NCBI RefSeq assembly: GCF_001194135.2
Contig: NC_068991.1
Coordinates: 49,897,916-49,961,915, forward strand
Length of the DNA: 64,000 bases
Source: Octopus bimaculoides
Taxonomy: Eukaryota
Direction of reading: 5' to 3'
The position numbers and the translations under genes are program-made. Under the pieces are notes generated by a model. The model had not been told where the DNA came from. It made no database searches and saw only the letters and a list, made by a program, of their open reading frames with translations. Shown piece by piece: positions 24,871-38,399 of this stretch (within the stretch, counting starts at the first letter, position 1; the number at the start of each line of letters is the position of its first letter).

Positions 24871-27800
24871 ATGTTGTAAATATAAAAATTCCCTTTGCCC
24901 TCACCATGCTAATGCTGCTGAAAACTAAAGTGAGCACTTAACAGGGGGCTGTACAAACTGTAGGTGAAATAGGTAAGGTAGAAACCTTTTGTTGGGAATG
25001 AAGGAGAAAAAAAGTGACAACCAACAACATGAAGTTGACTCAATAAACAGTGTATGTGCTGCTACATTGTAATCTACAGAAATAACATCAGATAATAAAT
25101 TAAACGAGACAAGGTTACAGAACAATAAGGACAAATCTTTTCAACAAAATATATTAATTCAATTAAGTAAATAATAATTGGTGAAGACTAAGTTTCTGTC
25201 AACAGTAGTCTGAGTGTTTAAAGAGAATACAACATACACATTTTACAGCAAGGTTGTGCAACACTTTACTACGTGGGGTGAAAGAACATAAGTTTCTATG
25301 CAGGTCTATATGACAATACAGCTCAGCCATTCTTATACACAAAGATAAAGTAGCATACAAACCCCACCACCAATTTTTATTTAAACAGCCTGACTAGTCA
25401 GTAGCAGGTTAGAGGTAACTCACAACTGGTTAAGTCAGCACAAACACTTCCATTTATAGAGAAAAGTAGGGCTCAGGGATCCATGTAATTGCTTGCTTAA
25501 AAAGCATGGCTAATTACAGTGAGAAAGACAGTTTGGTTAAACCAGGTGATAATGTCCCTAGATGTCACATGTTCAAAGTTCCCTGCTATGTTTGAAATAT
25601 CGTGAACACCTGTCTATATTTGCAAGTAGATATGTCACATGACAGGGGACACAGGGTTATCATAACAATCAGGAGATAATTGTTATACTGTCACTAACAG
25701 CCAACTTTAGAATACCAGCAAACGCTTATAAAAGATTTCACTTAGCAGTGTGTAATTAACATAGAATTAATAATTAATTAATGTAACCAACAATAGAATA
25801 TTAATAATTAGTATAATTAACAATAGAGTAGGGGATATAATAGCAGTACTTTCATTAATTCAGGTTTCCTCAACCCACCCATTCAACAAATGCAAAAGCA
25901 TAGTTGTTGCTACACCAACTATCAGAAATGTTTACATATTTGGGCCAGTGTAAATTCATTTCTTGAAATTACTGAAGTATTTTTTTTTTTTTAACTCCAA
26001 GAAATATCAGTAACAACTTTAATCATGTTAGCACCAAACTTCTTCAGGTCTTTGGCTCTAGGTTTTACAAAATGCCACTTTCTGATCACCATATTGTGAA
26101 ACCTGAAGGAAGTTAGTATTTTGAGAATACTAAGACGTAAATGATAGATAAGACCAACACTTTAATACCTGAAAAACATCCGCTATCATTACCTACTGTT
26201 TTTCAGGATCAGGTAGTAATACAGTTTCTAGGAGATATAGAAACCATCCTTGCTTAAAACTTGAGCAAGCCTTCTATTTTCCAGATTTCCCTGTTTCTTC
26301 AATCTTTTCTTGAAAAGTTATGGCAATTTTTATAGTAAGATACAGCCTAATATAAAAAACATTTTATAAAAACATTTAAGTTATCACCACTGACTACTCC
26401 AGATATTTTGCTAACTTTTCATAAATAGCAACCAACTGAAATGGAAATATCTGTAATTTTTTTTTTTTTTTGTAACCAGGGGTGGTGGGCTAGGTCAAGT
26501 TTTGGAATATGACAAATGTACCATGGCCAAAACTATTTTGTAAAAGAAAATGAGAAGCAATCTTTTGATTCGCATGACATCAATGAATGTGTTGCTGTAC
26601 ACTCACACAACAGAGATGGAATGTAGATAACCTAACCCAACACTTAACATATTATATTCTACTATATACAAAACTATAATGAAGATTTTGGATTTAGATA
26701 TAGGTCTTCTGTAACCGGTTAAATCTAGTCAAATGAACCCATAATATAATTGCAGAATGATCTGCTCACAGTGTACAAAAACATTAGAATGCATCAACAA
26801 TTCAGACCTCAGGTTGTGAGCCACAATAAAATGCATCCAAGGGGCTAACAAATGTAAAATAGAGACAAGTATTTCTTCTTTCTTTTGTTGTCACCACACA
26901 AAAAAAAAAAAGGAATCGTTCCTTTTATGCTATCTCCTTTTACAAAGTGAAAAAAAAATTCAAATATCAAGTTCTTTTTTCTACAGTAGCTTTTCAAAAA
27001 CTCTTACATTACCTTAATGACATAATATTTTTAGTCACCTGTGATGTCACCACCAACATTTTAGCAGTGATTTGTCTAAATAGCCAAGAAAGTGACCCTC
27101 TATGACAGTTTTAACATTTGAGATAATCACTGAAGAATCCAAAAGCTCTTTCAGATATATTTTCTTTTAGTTTATCTTATAAAGAGTAATCCCATTTATG
27201 GTCTTTGTTAAATAACACACCTATCAATGTATTAAAATAAAAACCAATATATCAACAACCTTATTAAACAAGTCTTATCACAAAATTTCTGCACAATCAC
27301 TCAGCCATCTAGAAATAGCAGCCACATCTTCAAATCACACCACACTTATCTTAAAAGTGGAACAACACATTGCATAGTCACTGGTATCAGTATACTGACT
27401 CAACTATCAGATGTTATACACCACTGGTCACAATGTGCTTCCATTTCTTGATTGTGCCCTTCTTTTCCATTTTGGCCCAAATCATTTAACTAAATCACAG
27501 TGTACTCCTAAAAGAAATGAGAAACTCACAGCTTGAATATCTAATATAGTACTACACAGCAACTTACTATTCTTCAGCAGTGTAAAATATGAAACTACTC
27601 AGTTATTAAATTACTAAAAACAACACCAATAACTGGAGTAATCTGATTATTTTATACAGCCTGTAATAATTATTTCCAAATCATTCAAGCCAAGTCTTAA
27701 TACTTCATTTTAGACTTTCCTTTATTTAATTATATTTTAACCAATCACTATGATCACCATTGTAAATTTTCACCCTGTCCTCATTATTCATTATCTTCAA

Positions 27801-28835
27801 ATATCAATGCTAGCTTCGTTTTTCTCTAATAAGCAGGAAGTTATTTGTGAACAGCATAGAATTTAAAACCGTCTCTCAATCATTATTACTGAATTATGTT
27901 TGCCTTTGTTAAGTAGAATACATGTCAAGTCAAGGGAGATAAATCTAGACGGAATTATAACTTCGCAAACTGATATTTGAATTTTAGAACTGGTGGCCTG
28001 GAAATAGTATTTAATAGAATGTGAACTGATTCAAAGAGTGAAGGAGTAAAGGATTTTTTTTTTTTTTTTTTTTTTNNNNNNNNNNGAAGGAGTAAAGGAT
28101 TTTTTTTTTTTTTTCTTTTTTCATTTGAAAAGTTTATTTTGAATGACTTCAGCTCAGCAAGGAAAAGAATTGCAATGCAGTTTTAGAAAGAAAGGGAGTG
28201 CATATTTAGTGCAAAGTTTCAGGATAAAAAATACATTAGGTGTCCGAGTTGATAGACAAACAGGTCTAGTAAATATATTTAGATGGGGCTACAATAAAAG
28301 AAAGATTGAGTAAGCAGTCCATTATATTGATGAAAGAAGATAGCTCAGTGAAAAGCCAAAGGTTAGAGTTAGGAAAAATTGTCAAACCCAAAATGTAGCA
28401 ATCAATTAGAAGCTTTTAATTAAAATATCAGAACTGAAGGTCCTCAAGCTGGTAGTTCACTGAATAACCAATTTGCAATACAGTTACCTGGTTACAAAAT
28501 AAATTTGACTTAAATTGTAAAAAAAAATACTTTCTTAAACAAAAGAGGTTAATACTGGCCATGAGACAATGGCACAAGTGATTTTTAAACAAATTCCTGA
28601 ATTGATACAGCATTGAAAATCAAATAAGTATAACAAGCAAGCAAAGGATCTTTTATTGAGTGACTCAGCTGATTTAATTATATAGCGGGGGGGGGGTCAA
28701 CTTTAAGGAATCCCGTACCAACTTTAAAATGGGAATCCAAGTAGTTTTTGTAATAAGCATTTGCTCAAAGCTGAATGAGGCTTCCTCATAACAAAATATA
28801 TGTACTTAAATTTCTTTCAAGATATACTTTATAAT

Positions 28836-29230
28836 ATAGGCTCAGGCATGGATAGGCTCAGGCATAGATAGGCTGAGGCATGGCAGTGTGATTAAAAAAG
28901 TTTGCTTCTTAACTATATGGTTTCAGGTTCAGTCCACAGTGAGACACTTTCGGCAGGTGCGTTCTAATATAGCCTCTGGCTGACCAAAGCCTTTTTAAAA
29001 GATTTGATAGAAACTGAAAGAAGCCTGTCATGTGTGTGTGTGTGTGCATGCATAAGTATGTGTGTTTGGGTCTTTTTGTCTTGTGCAATAGTTGTAAATG
29101 TGTGTCACCATCATAAAAGCAGCACTGTTTATTGCCAATATTTCATGAAATCCATGTCCAGTCATGGGAAATTATTATCTTGCTTGGGAATCAGTAAGGG
29201 TAGCAACAGGAAGGACATACCTCAACAAAT
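28836..29230 (+). mobile_element. SINE family 1 head (triplicated 5' end) with a different, RTE-like 3' part
   Basis: ataggctcaggcatgg x3, then the SINE head/body and (TG)n, then a segment ending gggtagcaacaggaaggacatacc that resembles the RTE 3' UTR motif aggaagggcatccagc. Confidence 0.6.
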
Positions 29231-29261
29231 TCCATCTGACCGATGAAAGTGTGAAATGGTG

Positions 29262-29560
29262 TGGCAGCACTGGTGGTGGCGATGGTTGTGATGACAGTGG
29301 TGGTGGTGGCAGCAGCAATGGTGATGGTAGTAGTAGTAGTGGCAATGGTGGTGGTAGTGGCAATGGTGGAGGTGGTAGTGGCAATGGTGGAGGAGGTAGT
29401 GGCAATGGTGGAGGAGGTAGTGGCAATGGCGGTGGCAGTAGTGGCAATGATGGTGGTGGTAGTAGTGGCAATGGTGGATGTAGTAGTGGCAATGGTGGAT
29501 GTAGTAGTGGCAATGGCAGTGGTGGTGGTGGTGGTAGTGGCAATGATGATGGCAATGACA
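29262..29560. repeat. GGT/AGT/GGC-rich minisatellite (~21-bp unit ggcaatggtggaggtggtagt)
   Basis: Direct inspection; it opens low-complexity ORFs in several frames. Confidence 0.9.
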
Positions 29561-29689
29561 TAATTTGCTGGTCAGAACATTTATGTGGAATAATACTAAC
29601 ATAATACAAAAATTGAATGATGAGCAATTAAACATGGTTCTAATCCTGTTTATTGTCTCCATATGAGACAAATTCTTTAATGGTTTCAG

Positions 29690-30019
29690 TCAATGGACTG
29701 TAGTCATACTGGGGCACTGCTTTCAAGCACTTAGTTGTACATATTACTCCAAGTACTTAATTCAATTTGGCACTTTATCTCAGTCAAACTCCTAAGCCAT
29801 AAGAGTTAAGGAACAATAAACAATATTGGCTTTTAGGTCGATGTAAAAAAGCAGTGAAACAGATGAACAAGCACACAGACATATGTTTGTCTGACATAAG
29901 TTGGGCTTCTGTATAGCTTCTCTCTACCAAATTCTGCTCAGAAGGTATTGCTGAAGCCCGAAGTGCTGTGCAATGGAACTGAATCAGAGATCATGTTAGG
30001 CAACTATGCCTGTGTCTAA
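29690..30019 (-). mobile_element. SINE family 1, old copy
   Basis: Degenerate reverse-strand match (ggactgtagtcatactggggcactgc ... gcaactatgcctgtgtcta). Confidence 0.65.
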
Positions 30020-30849
30020 GTGTTTAAGCCATATGAATATTATTAATCAATCATCATTTAATATCTGTCTTCAACACTGGCATGGGTAAAAGACTACACC
30101 AGGCTAATGTGTCTGCTTGGACATGGTTTTTACAGCTGGATGCCCTTCCTAACATCAACCACCACATTATAATATCTTACAAAAATCAGCTGCTTCTCTT
30201 TTCTTGATTAGACACATCCATTAACGAGTAATTAGTTGTCATGATTTGTAGAATATCACTGCTCAAAGTTTTATCAAAGGTAGAATTTGAACTTGACACA
30301 AGTCAATGAAACAGTCATACAATGCTTGAGCTGTTTTCAATTATGAGCAATACCACAGTTAAATTCAGTGAGTGAGAAATTAATTGGTAAGTAATAATCG
30401 AAACCAATATCATATAAAAATATAAATGACAATACAATTTATCAGAAATTCTCAGTAATATGCCATGTTCATAATAACATCTCCAAAGTTCAAATCAACT
30501 AAGAACTTGAATTTAATTTTCCTTGGTTATTCAGCTTAAAGTAAATGAGTGATGAATCTCCTTTTGGATAGAATGCTACCACAGTTAACATTCCTATACT
30601 TATTGCTGATAACTGAGTGAATTTAGGTATGCAAAAGTAAGTATATTGCTCAAATATACAAGAAAATACCACTGACAAATTTAAAGAAAAGATATCCAGA
30701 GTTCCCAATTAAATAACTTAACCCTTTCATTTTAAATTGTACAAAAAATCAGTTAAACATAAAGCAACTACATTGGTGGAGAGTAATATAATAACATGAA
30801 GAGCTTTAAATTTAAATATCATGCAGAACTGCAACCTGGTCAATGATAT

Positions 30850-31300
30850 AGTTCCAGTGTAACTGCTGTCAGTGACCTGGTTGCAGTTGTGCAACAAAAA
30901 TGTTGATGCTTCATGAAATAGATTTAAATCAAGTTGAACAACCTTGTGAGGTATTTAATGGTTAGAATGGCCATACAAGGATGTAGTTGTTCTAGTTTTA
31001 GTATACAGTCTCTGATAAAATTACTTGCCAGACAAGTACAACAACATAATTAGAGATGAAATAATTGAAGGAGTAAGACATTACAATAACAAACTCACAA
31101 ATATTGGGTCCAGATACACTGCAGACCTACTTTTATATAGCAAAGAGCCAGCTCTAGTCACTCTGACCTATACTGAAAGATGGTCCAGCTGTCACCCACC
31201 CTCAATCATTGTCTTTTCTCAATCAATAAAAAGACTACATAAGCAAATGTATCGTACTGTTATAAAGGGTTGTAGAAGGTGATCTGATGTAGATTTGGTT
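30850..31300 (+). mobile_element. Possible Penelope-like RT relic
   Basis: GPYKDV resembles GLYRDD, and WSSCHPPSII resembles SNHPPSII; very degenerate. Confidence 0.4.
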
Positions 31301-32183
31301 GTTATTTCTAGCATCCATATAGCTTATTTGTTGGTTCCAAGATTGTTTAGCGCAAGGTCAGCCCCAATTAAGTAGAACCTATGACGAAAGCCATCCACCC
31401 ATAACTGTCCCGTCTTTCAAGCAGATATAGTGCCACAATGGTTTCTTTTTTGCATGTTGGCAGTGTGTAGTTTGAGGGAGATTTGGCTGCTACTTCTACT
31501 AGGTTCGGCAATACCTATGAAAAATAGGAGCTGCTCAATCAATTAGAAATAGTAGCCAAATAGAGAACTTCTTTATTGGCTCAGCAGATATTTTGTAGAG
31601 TATTTAGGCAGTATACTTAATTTTAAAAGGATTCACATCATAGATCTGTTGGAATTAGGGGGTCCAGACTGTTCAGCAGTGATGTTACCTGCAACACACC
31701 AAAATCCTATGCAAAGGAAGGTTAAACTACTGCTTACTTAACACCTTAAAAAGTAAACCCCAATCTTGATGATATTCATGTTTTATTCTGAAAAAAGTCA
31801 GGAATTAAAGCAACCAAACAAATAAGTCTGAGCAACAGACATCAACAGAAAAGCAACAAGGTGAAGCTTAACAACAGGAGCAAAGAAGCATTGGAAGGTG
31901 AAGTAGCTTCACATCACAATAAAGCCACAAAGGCTACTGTTTATCAGTTAAAGTTACCTGTAATGTCATCCAAAGATCTTAACAGGCTGGAAGGTCTTGC
32001 TATATATATACCTAAAGCAAATTTAAGAGAAAAAAAATGCTAAACAGTAAATGGGGTGCCTTCTGGGGCCTCTGGTTGACTTTATACAGTTTAAAGTCAA
32101 ATATAAGAAATAAAAATAAAGCAGGAATTTTAACTTGAAATATGGTTCACTTTTACAGATTCCAAAATTTAATATATAATAAT

Positions 32184-32217
<34 letters not shown>

Positions 32218-33042
32218 GAAATACACTATATAAATATATAAAACAAGGAATATATAATATTAAATCATTTATATGTCAAAATCAGTGTTTATAAACTAAA
32301 TGTAAATTGTTTTGCTTATTTTTCTAATCTTTTACCTTCGTTATGTACAAGCATGAGTAAATTAGTTTTGTCGAAAGAATTTATTCCTGGTTGAATAGTT
32401 GGATATTCTGATTACATTGAACCCAAATAGTAAGGTAGAATTGAACTAGTTTTGTCAGGTAAACTACAATAACAAACTGTGTGTTCTGTCTAGAATGTAA
32501 CACAATGCCTGAAACAATTTTTTTTTACTCTAGGCCACTGAGTTAAAACTCAAGTATCACAATAATATTATCTAAAAGAAAATGCACATTTTGATAGAAA
32601 TAAATATAATTATTATTTCTTAAGTTTATACTTTTAGAAACATTTCTTTCAAGTTTAAGAATATTCGGAAAGTTATTTATTACATATTAATATATTTCAT
32701 TTTAATTTGACAAAATTTACATTTCAGTAAGATTTTAACTTTAAGTCTAATATTTACTTTGAGGTTTTCCACAGAATTTATGATCAAGTTGTTAATGAAA
32801 TGAATAAACTTAAGTTCTAAGGGCACATAACTGTGTTAAGATAATTAGCTCCATCCCTCTAATTCTGCTAGGGCCAAAGAATGAATGCCAGTAGATTAAC
32901 ACACAATTTCTTTTAAAAAATCAAGCTATGTATGCACAAATATAGATACGCATGCATGCACGTACACACACACACACACACACGTGTGCATGCAGAAACA
33001 TCTGTATATGCTCACATACAGACATGCACACACTTGCACATA

Positions 33043-34326
33043 TGAAGGTGGACTGTAAAGTTAATACACTGACAATGACAGAGTGATGCAAGAGTAGTGA
33101 AACTTTGCATGCATTCATTTCGACTCTAATAACTGTATTGTTTCTTTCCAAGTAAACTGATGTCTGACTGTTTCAAGAAAACCTCAAAAGTAACTAATAG
33201 TGACTTCTCTTGAAAACAGGCAACACTTGGCATCATGGAGTTATCAAGTACCTACAGAAAAGGGATTTACTCCCTGAGGACTTTCATGTTAACATGGTTG
33301 ATACAATAGGGGATGACACTTCAGATTTATCAACAGAGCAAAAGTGGGCAACTGAATTTAAGAGAGGTATTCCTCTCTTAAATTCAGAGAGTCTTGAAGA
33401 TGACCCAAGGTCTGGACATCCTGCAATTGCCACTACCAAGGAAAACATTATGTTCATCACATGATGGAGGACAGGCAATTGACTATAAATCAAATATCCA
33501 ATGTTATTAGCATATCCTGTAAGATAGTTGAGAAATTCTGCACAATGAACTTGGCATGACAAAGGTTTCTGCTCGATGGATGCTATATCTTCTCATACCT
33601 GATCAAAAGCACATAGGGTTGGTCACATCATGGGAAAATCTGACACCGTTTCAGGTGGATCCAGCTGGTTTCCTTGAATGTTTCCTAACCCAGGATGAGT
33701 GTTGGGTTCATCACTTTGAGCCAGAGACAAAGATGTCTCTTTGTCTCTGGCTTTTCCATGCAGTGGAAACACCCATCCTCACCTGCTCCAGAGAATGTCA
33801 AGGTTGTTTCATCTGCGGGGAAGGTGATGGCCTCAGTTTTTTGGGAGATGCAAAAGGCATTGTGTTTTTGGTGACTATCTTCAAAAGGGCCACACCATCA
33901 TTGGAGAGTACTATGCCACCTTGCCAAGGTAGTTACTAAAGGCTATCAAGACTAAATGCCCAGGAAAACTGATAAAAAAGGTTTTGTTTCATCAGGACAA
34001 TACTCCAGCACACAAGTCCTTGCATTCGATGGCTGCTGTGCATGACTGTAGCTTTGAACAGGTTGACAACCCTCCCTATTCTCCAGATTTGGCTCCCCAA
34101 CATGAAAAAGCACATGGTTGGGAACCAGTATCACAGTGATGATGACATACTGTCTGCTATTGATGCCTTTTTTTTACTAACAGGATGAAAGCTTCTTCAC
34201 CAATGGGACCCAAGCACTGCAACACTGATGGAAGAAGTGACTGGACTACAAGGGGGCTATGTTGAAAAATGGTCACATTTCATGAGAGTATCTTGGTCAG
34301 CCTATGAACTTTTCAGCTGACCTTCA
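33043..34326 (+). mobile_element. Full-length defective mariner-like (DD34D family) transposon
   Basis: TA-flanked degenerate TIRs (tgaaggtggactgtaaagtt... versus ...aacttttcagctgaccttca), 1284 bp. Broken transposase with HTH region (KWATEFKRG...DDPRSGHP), TQDECWVHHFEPET, FHQDNTPAH and PPYSPDLAP. Confidence 0.9.
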
Positions 34327-35943
34327 TATGCATCCATTCACATATATAGAGGTGGTGGTGGTGGTGGTGAATATATATTCAGTGTCAGACAATAGGGATG
34401 GAAGTCTTTGCTAATTCTTCTCCATTATTTTTATAGCTTATTAGCACATAAGTATACTTAGCATAAAAATTTTATTCTCACTATGGCCACGGAGTCAGAA
34501 ACTGATGTGAGGAAATGGATGGACACATTGATCATGGACCTGACACACACATAATCCATCAATCTCCTCAACACATAAAAGCAGGTACACATATACACAC
34601 ACACATGAATACATACATCTCTATACAGTGGAATNNNNNNNNNNNNNNNNNNNNNNNNNNNNNNNNNNNNNNNNNNNNNNNNNGTATCTGGGTTGGGTGG
34701 GGGATTGGCAAGGATGGGATTGTTACTATTTCTTTCATGTTTCCTATTAAGTAGAAATTAATTTTACAGATATACATATGGCTTCTATTTGTTACAACGC
34801 TGCATCAGGCTGGCGTGTCAATACAATTTTTATTTCTATGTTTGATATACTATCATGTTGATAGAACACTGATGGAAGTTTCAATTATCTCTATAATAAT
34901 ATACCAGTTCCCTCCAGTCTCTCAGCCAGACTGCACACAGTTTCACCAATATAAATTGTATTAGAGTCCTGCCCTTCATGCACTTTTATATGGGATATTG
35001 TATTCCTAGTTTCACAGTTGATTTTTAGTTTTATGTTACAATACAATAATTAACAGTAAAGATGGTCCTATCAAGAGGTTATGTTCTGCCCACTTGTGAT
35101 ATAATGGTTTTTACCTAAATCCTGGAATCCTAAATTTTGCAGCACTAAGAGTGTTCCTAAATTTTGGGGTTCATTCACTTTTAGAGATAACATCAATAGA
35201 CATTACCCCTTAGAACATGTTACTATTATATCATGAGTTAGCCTTACCTTTCTTACTCTTTCTCACCTATTCTATGATCCTTTTCAATATCATTGTTAAG
35301 TTCCATTTTTATCATTTCTTATAATTTTCTAATCTTTCCTTTGCACCCTCCCCTCCACCATCACCACCATGAACATTGATTCTATCTTTTTGGTTGTAGC
35401 CAGAGAACTGTGTCTGATGGACAAGGTTTTATGCATGCTTCTTTACTTCATGGAGTTGGCACATGTTATTCATTAATCTTATCAAGTCTCCTTTTAGTAT
35501 ATTTGTTTTAAAGTTTTCATACACTGAAGCCTTCATGGATATAGTAAAATATAAAAGGAGGAGATGTAGTTTGTTATTTTCTCAAGCCAGAGTTAAATAC
35601 CTAGGATGGAATGTGCAAGTAAGTGAGTGTGAAGGTGAGCAAGTGCGCATGCGCAAGTGTGTGCATGAGTTTTTGAAACAGTGAACTGAGTCAATCAAAT
35701 GAGGGAAGACTCAATACACATTGTGGAATAAATGATTATTTGGTTGCTTTTTTTTTTTCTTTTTTGAAACTGAAGGTTTACTTCGCCAATCCAATTTCAC
35801 ACCACTTTTGTCTTCAAGCAAATTCTTGCCTACATTAGCACCTAACATTTGATCAGACACAAATCCACCAACAGATCATGCATCAGCCAGTCGTGTACCA
35901 CATGAAATTGTCCATATCAAAAACACTTATATTTAAATCTGTC

Positions 35944-36159
35944 TTACCCAATTAGCATTCAGATTACTGCCAAATGTAATGTTTATTTATTCACATTTAA
36001 AAAAATTAATCCTGCATGATCCTGTAGCTTCGTGATTTCAATGATATAATTGTTTAAGTTCTAGAATGACATTGTATGGTAAGTGTGAAAAGTTAAATCT
36101 GGCTGATTTAAACACAAAACAAGCAGAATATGGCCTGCTTAAAATGCCAGAAGGGTTAA
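35944..36159 (+). mobile_element. piggyBac-type MITE family A, copy 2
   Basis: Same body (attagcattcagattactgccaaatgtaatg...tagaatgacattg...), ending aagggttaa. Confidence 0.75.
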
Positions 36160-36381
36160 AGAAAGTTATCATCTCTCTAATCTCAGGGGAAAAAAACTGA
36201 ATCCTTTCTATCATTTATTTACATTCTGTAATATTGGCCATTATAGGCATGTGCGCGTTTACAAACATACATACACACATATATAGCTACATATCTGAGC
36301 ATATGTATACATATGCAAATACATGAGCACGCGCACGCGCACGCACACACACACCCACACACACACCCACACCCACGCGCG

Positions 36382-36584
36382 CGGGGCTGCTGAAAAGTTC
36401 CTGGCTTTGGATAAAAGAAAATATAGGAGAATCAGTATTATTCAACATGTTCTCTTCTCAAATCCACACACTTATTGCAGCAGTCCTTCGGTTTTTTTTA
36501 AACCCTGTAAAAGATCTCAGAGGGTAAGACCTCCAACCAGGCCTTTTGCAATACTCTTAAAGCCAGGAATTTTTCAGCACCTCC
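36382..36584. mobile_element. ~200-bp mariner-type MITE
   Basis: TIRs ggggctgctgaaaagttcctggcttt and aaagccaggaatttttcagcacctcc, TA on the right. Shares the CTGAAAAGTT terminal motif with the mariner TIRs. Confidence 0.75.
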
Positions 36585-37319
36585 TATATGCGTATATGTC
36601 GAGGTAGATGATTTTGGAAAGCTGCTAAGCAAAATTTAAGGCCTCCAATAGGACGGGTAGCAATATGGCATCCAATCAGGTAAATTTTCTGGTTCCTTTA
36701 TGATAAGGGGAAAGGGAAAACTTCATCTCCTTCTCTCACTTCATTTGGAGACTACAGTAACATCTCACCCAACATAAAATGAAAGAACACTCAACAAAGT
36801 CCCATCTTACTCAACTGCAGCTTGTAATTGTCATCTCAATTTTTAAGAAAGACTGCACATACTTCAACAGCCCACAGAATTAATTAATATGCACAATGTG
36901 TATACATAATTAAGTAATGTTATTTTCATTGAGATAATAATTATCCAGTGTTTAGAACTTATATAAACCTTTGTATATCCAAATTTCAATTTAGTATTAG
37001 ACATTATTTGTCCCCCAATTTTCACTTGGTCATTTGTACATTGGAATAATTTATAGGATATATATCTGAGAGCAGAATAAAACAAGACTTCTTTATTACA
37101 TCATGAACTACTTAAGCTTACACAACTGTATCTTTGCACTGTCAACCAACTTATATTGGTAGATAATATTGAAATGAATTACAATATTCTTCTGAAAATC
37201 TATTATGCAATCATTTTACATAAATGATTACCACATAACACACTGAAACAACTGTATGATTAAATTATTCATTATCTTGTAATAATAAAAACTAGCACCT
37301 TGCTTTATCCTGCACTTTA

Positions 37320-37930
37320 TGTATCATCGTCATCATTTAACGTCTACCTTCCATGCTCGCATGGATTGGATGGTTCAACAGCAGCCAGTGAACCAGAGGA
37401 CTGAGTCCAGCTCAACTATTTGCTATGGTATAGTTTCTATGGCTTGATACCCTCCCTAGCATCAAAACTTTACTGAATGTACTGGGTGCTTTTTACATAG
37501 CACCAGCACTAGTGAGGTCACCAAGTAACTTGCAAGACAAGACCCCCTCAACTAAGAAGAGAGTAGTATCGAGGGAGATGGTTCTGTGCCAGGTGATGAG
37601 AGGTTACAGTATAGTAGAGGGCCAGAAACAGATGTCTTGCAGTAGACGAAATACATGGCTACTCCAGTTGCAAAAGTGAGAGGGGAGAGAGAGAGAGAGA
37701 GAGATGGTGATGGAGATGTGTTAGAGCATGCCCTCAAGTTACAGGGAGAATATATATGAAGTGGTACAGACAATTGGATAAGTTGAGTGGGTAGGTAAGT
37801 TCATGAGAGTGCAAAAGGAGAGTGGGGGATGAATGAAAGGAAGGGAAATGCAGTGAGTGAATACTGGTAGAGAGAGTGGGGTAGGAAGATGAGTTGGGAT
37901 GGGGGGGCACATGTCATTAGCTGGTTTGAA
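37320..37930 (-). mobile_element. RTE 3' UTR and tail
   Basis: Reverse tail catcatcatttaacgtctaccttccatgctcgcatggattggatgg plus a purine-rich UTR like 7940-8260. Confidence 0.7.
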
Positions 37931-38399
37931 AACTTGCATAACAAAAAACATACAAAGTTTATCAAATAGATCTTGATAGTTATTATTTCTCTACTTCTAT
38001 TGTCCTTAATAAATCCTTAGACTTCATCATGAGGAATGCCTCTTTATCCAAAAAGCAATCCATGTGATTTTAGCATCTAAAAAGACTATAATTGCATTCA
38101 ATGACAAATATTGGATTGTAAAAATAAATGAGATAATTTTGACATTACTATTTTGCTAGCAACTCTACCCAAGGAAGAACTGTATATATTATGTAATATC
38201 AAAAGTATCTTCCCTGATAAAAGGAGCAGAGTATATTGAGATCTTGACTGATATACATTTTGTAGGTATAATCAAGTTAAACTGGAGTGCAGAACTAAGA
38301 GAATTAAGAATATTCTTAGAGGTTATAGATTATCTGTTACTATGAATAGGAACACTAGGGTAACCAATTACTTACATGCAACTCTAGACCTCACCTCAG

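Noticed and set aside
26165-26220. Small hairpin cctgaaaaaca...tgtttttcagg
   Set aside because: An 11-bp AT-rich stem is plausible by chance in 64 kb.
28039-28112. Direct repeat gaaggagtaaaggatttttt flanking a short gap
   Set aside because: Typical unmerged contig overlap at a homopolymer; assembly artefact.
29164-29671. Gly-rich, Pro-rich and His/Cys-rich ORFs
   Set aside because: Overlapping frames on both strands of a GGT minisatellite; no splice or homology support.
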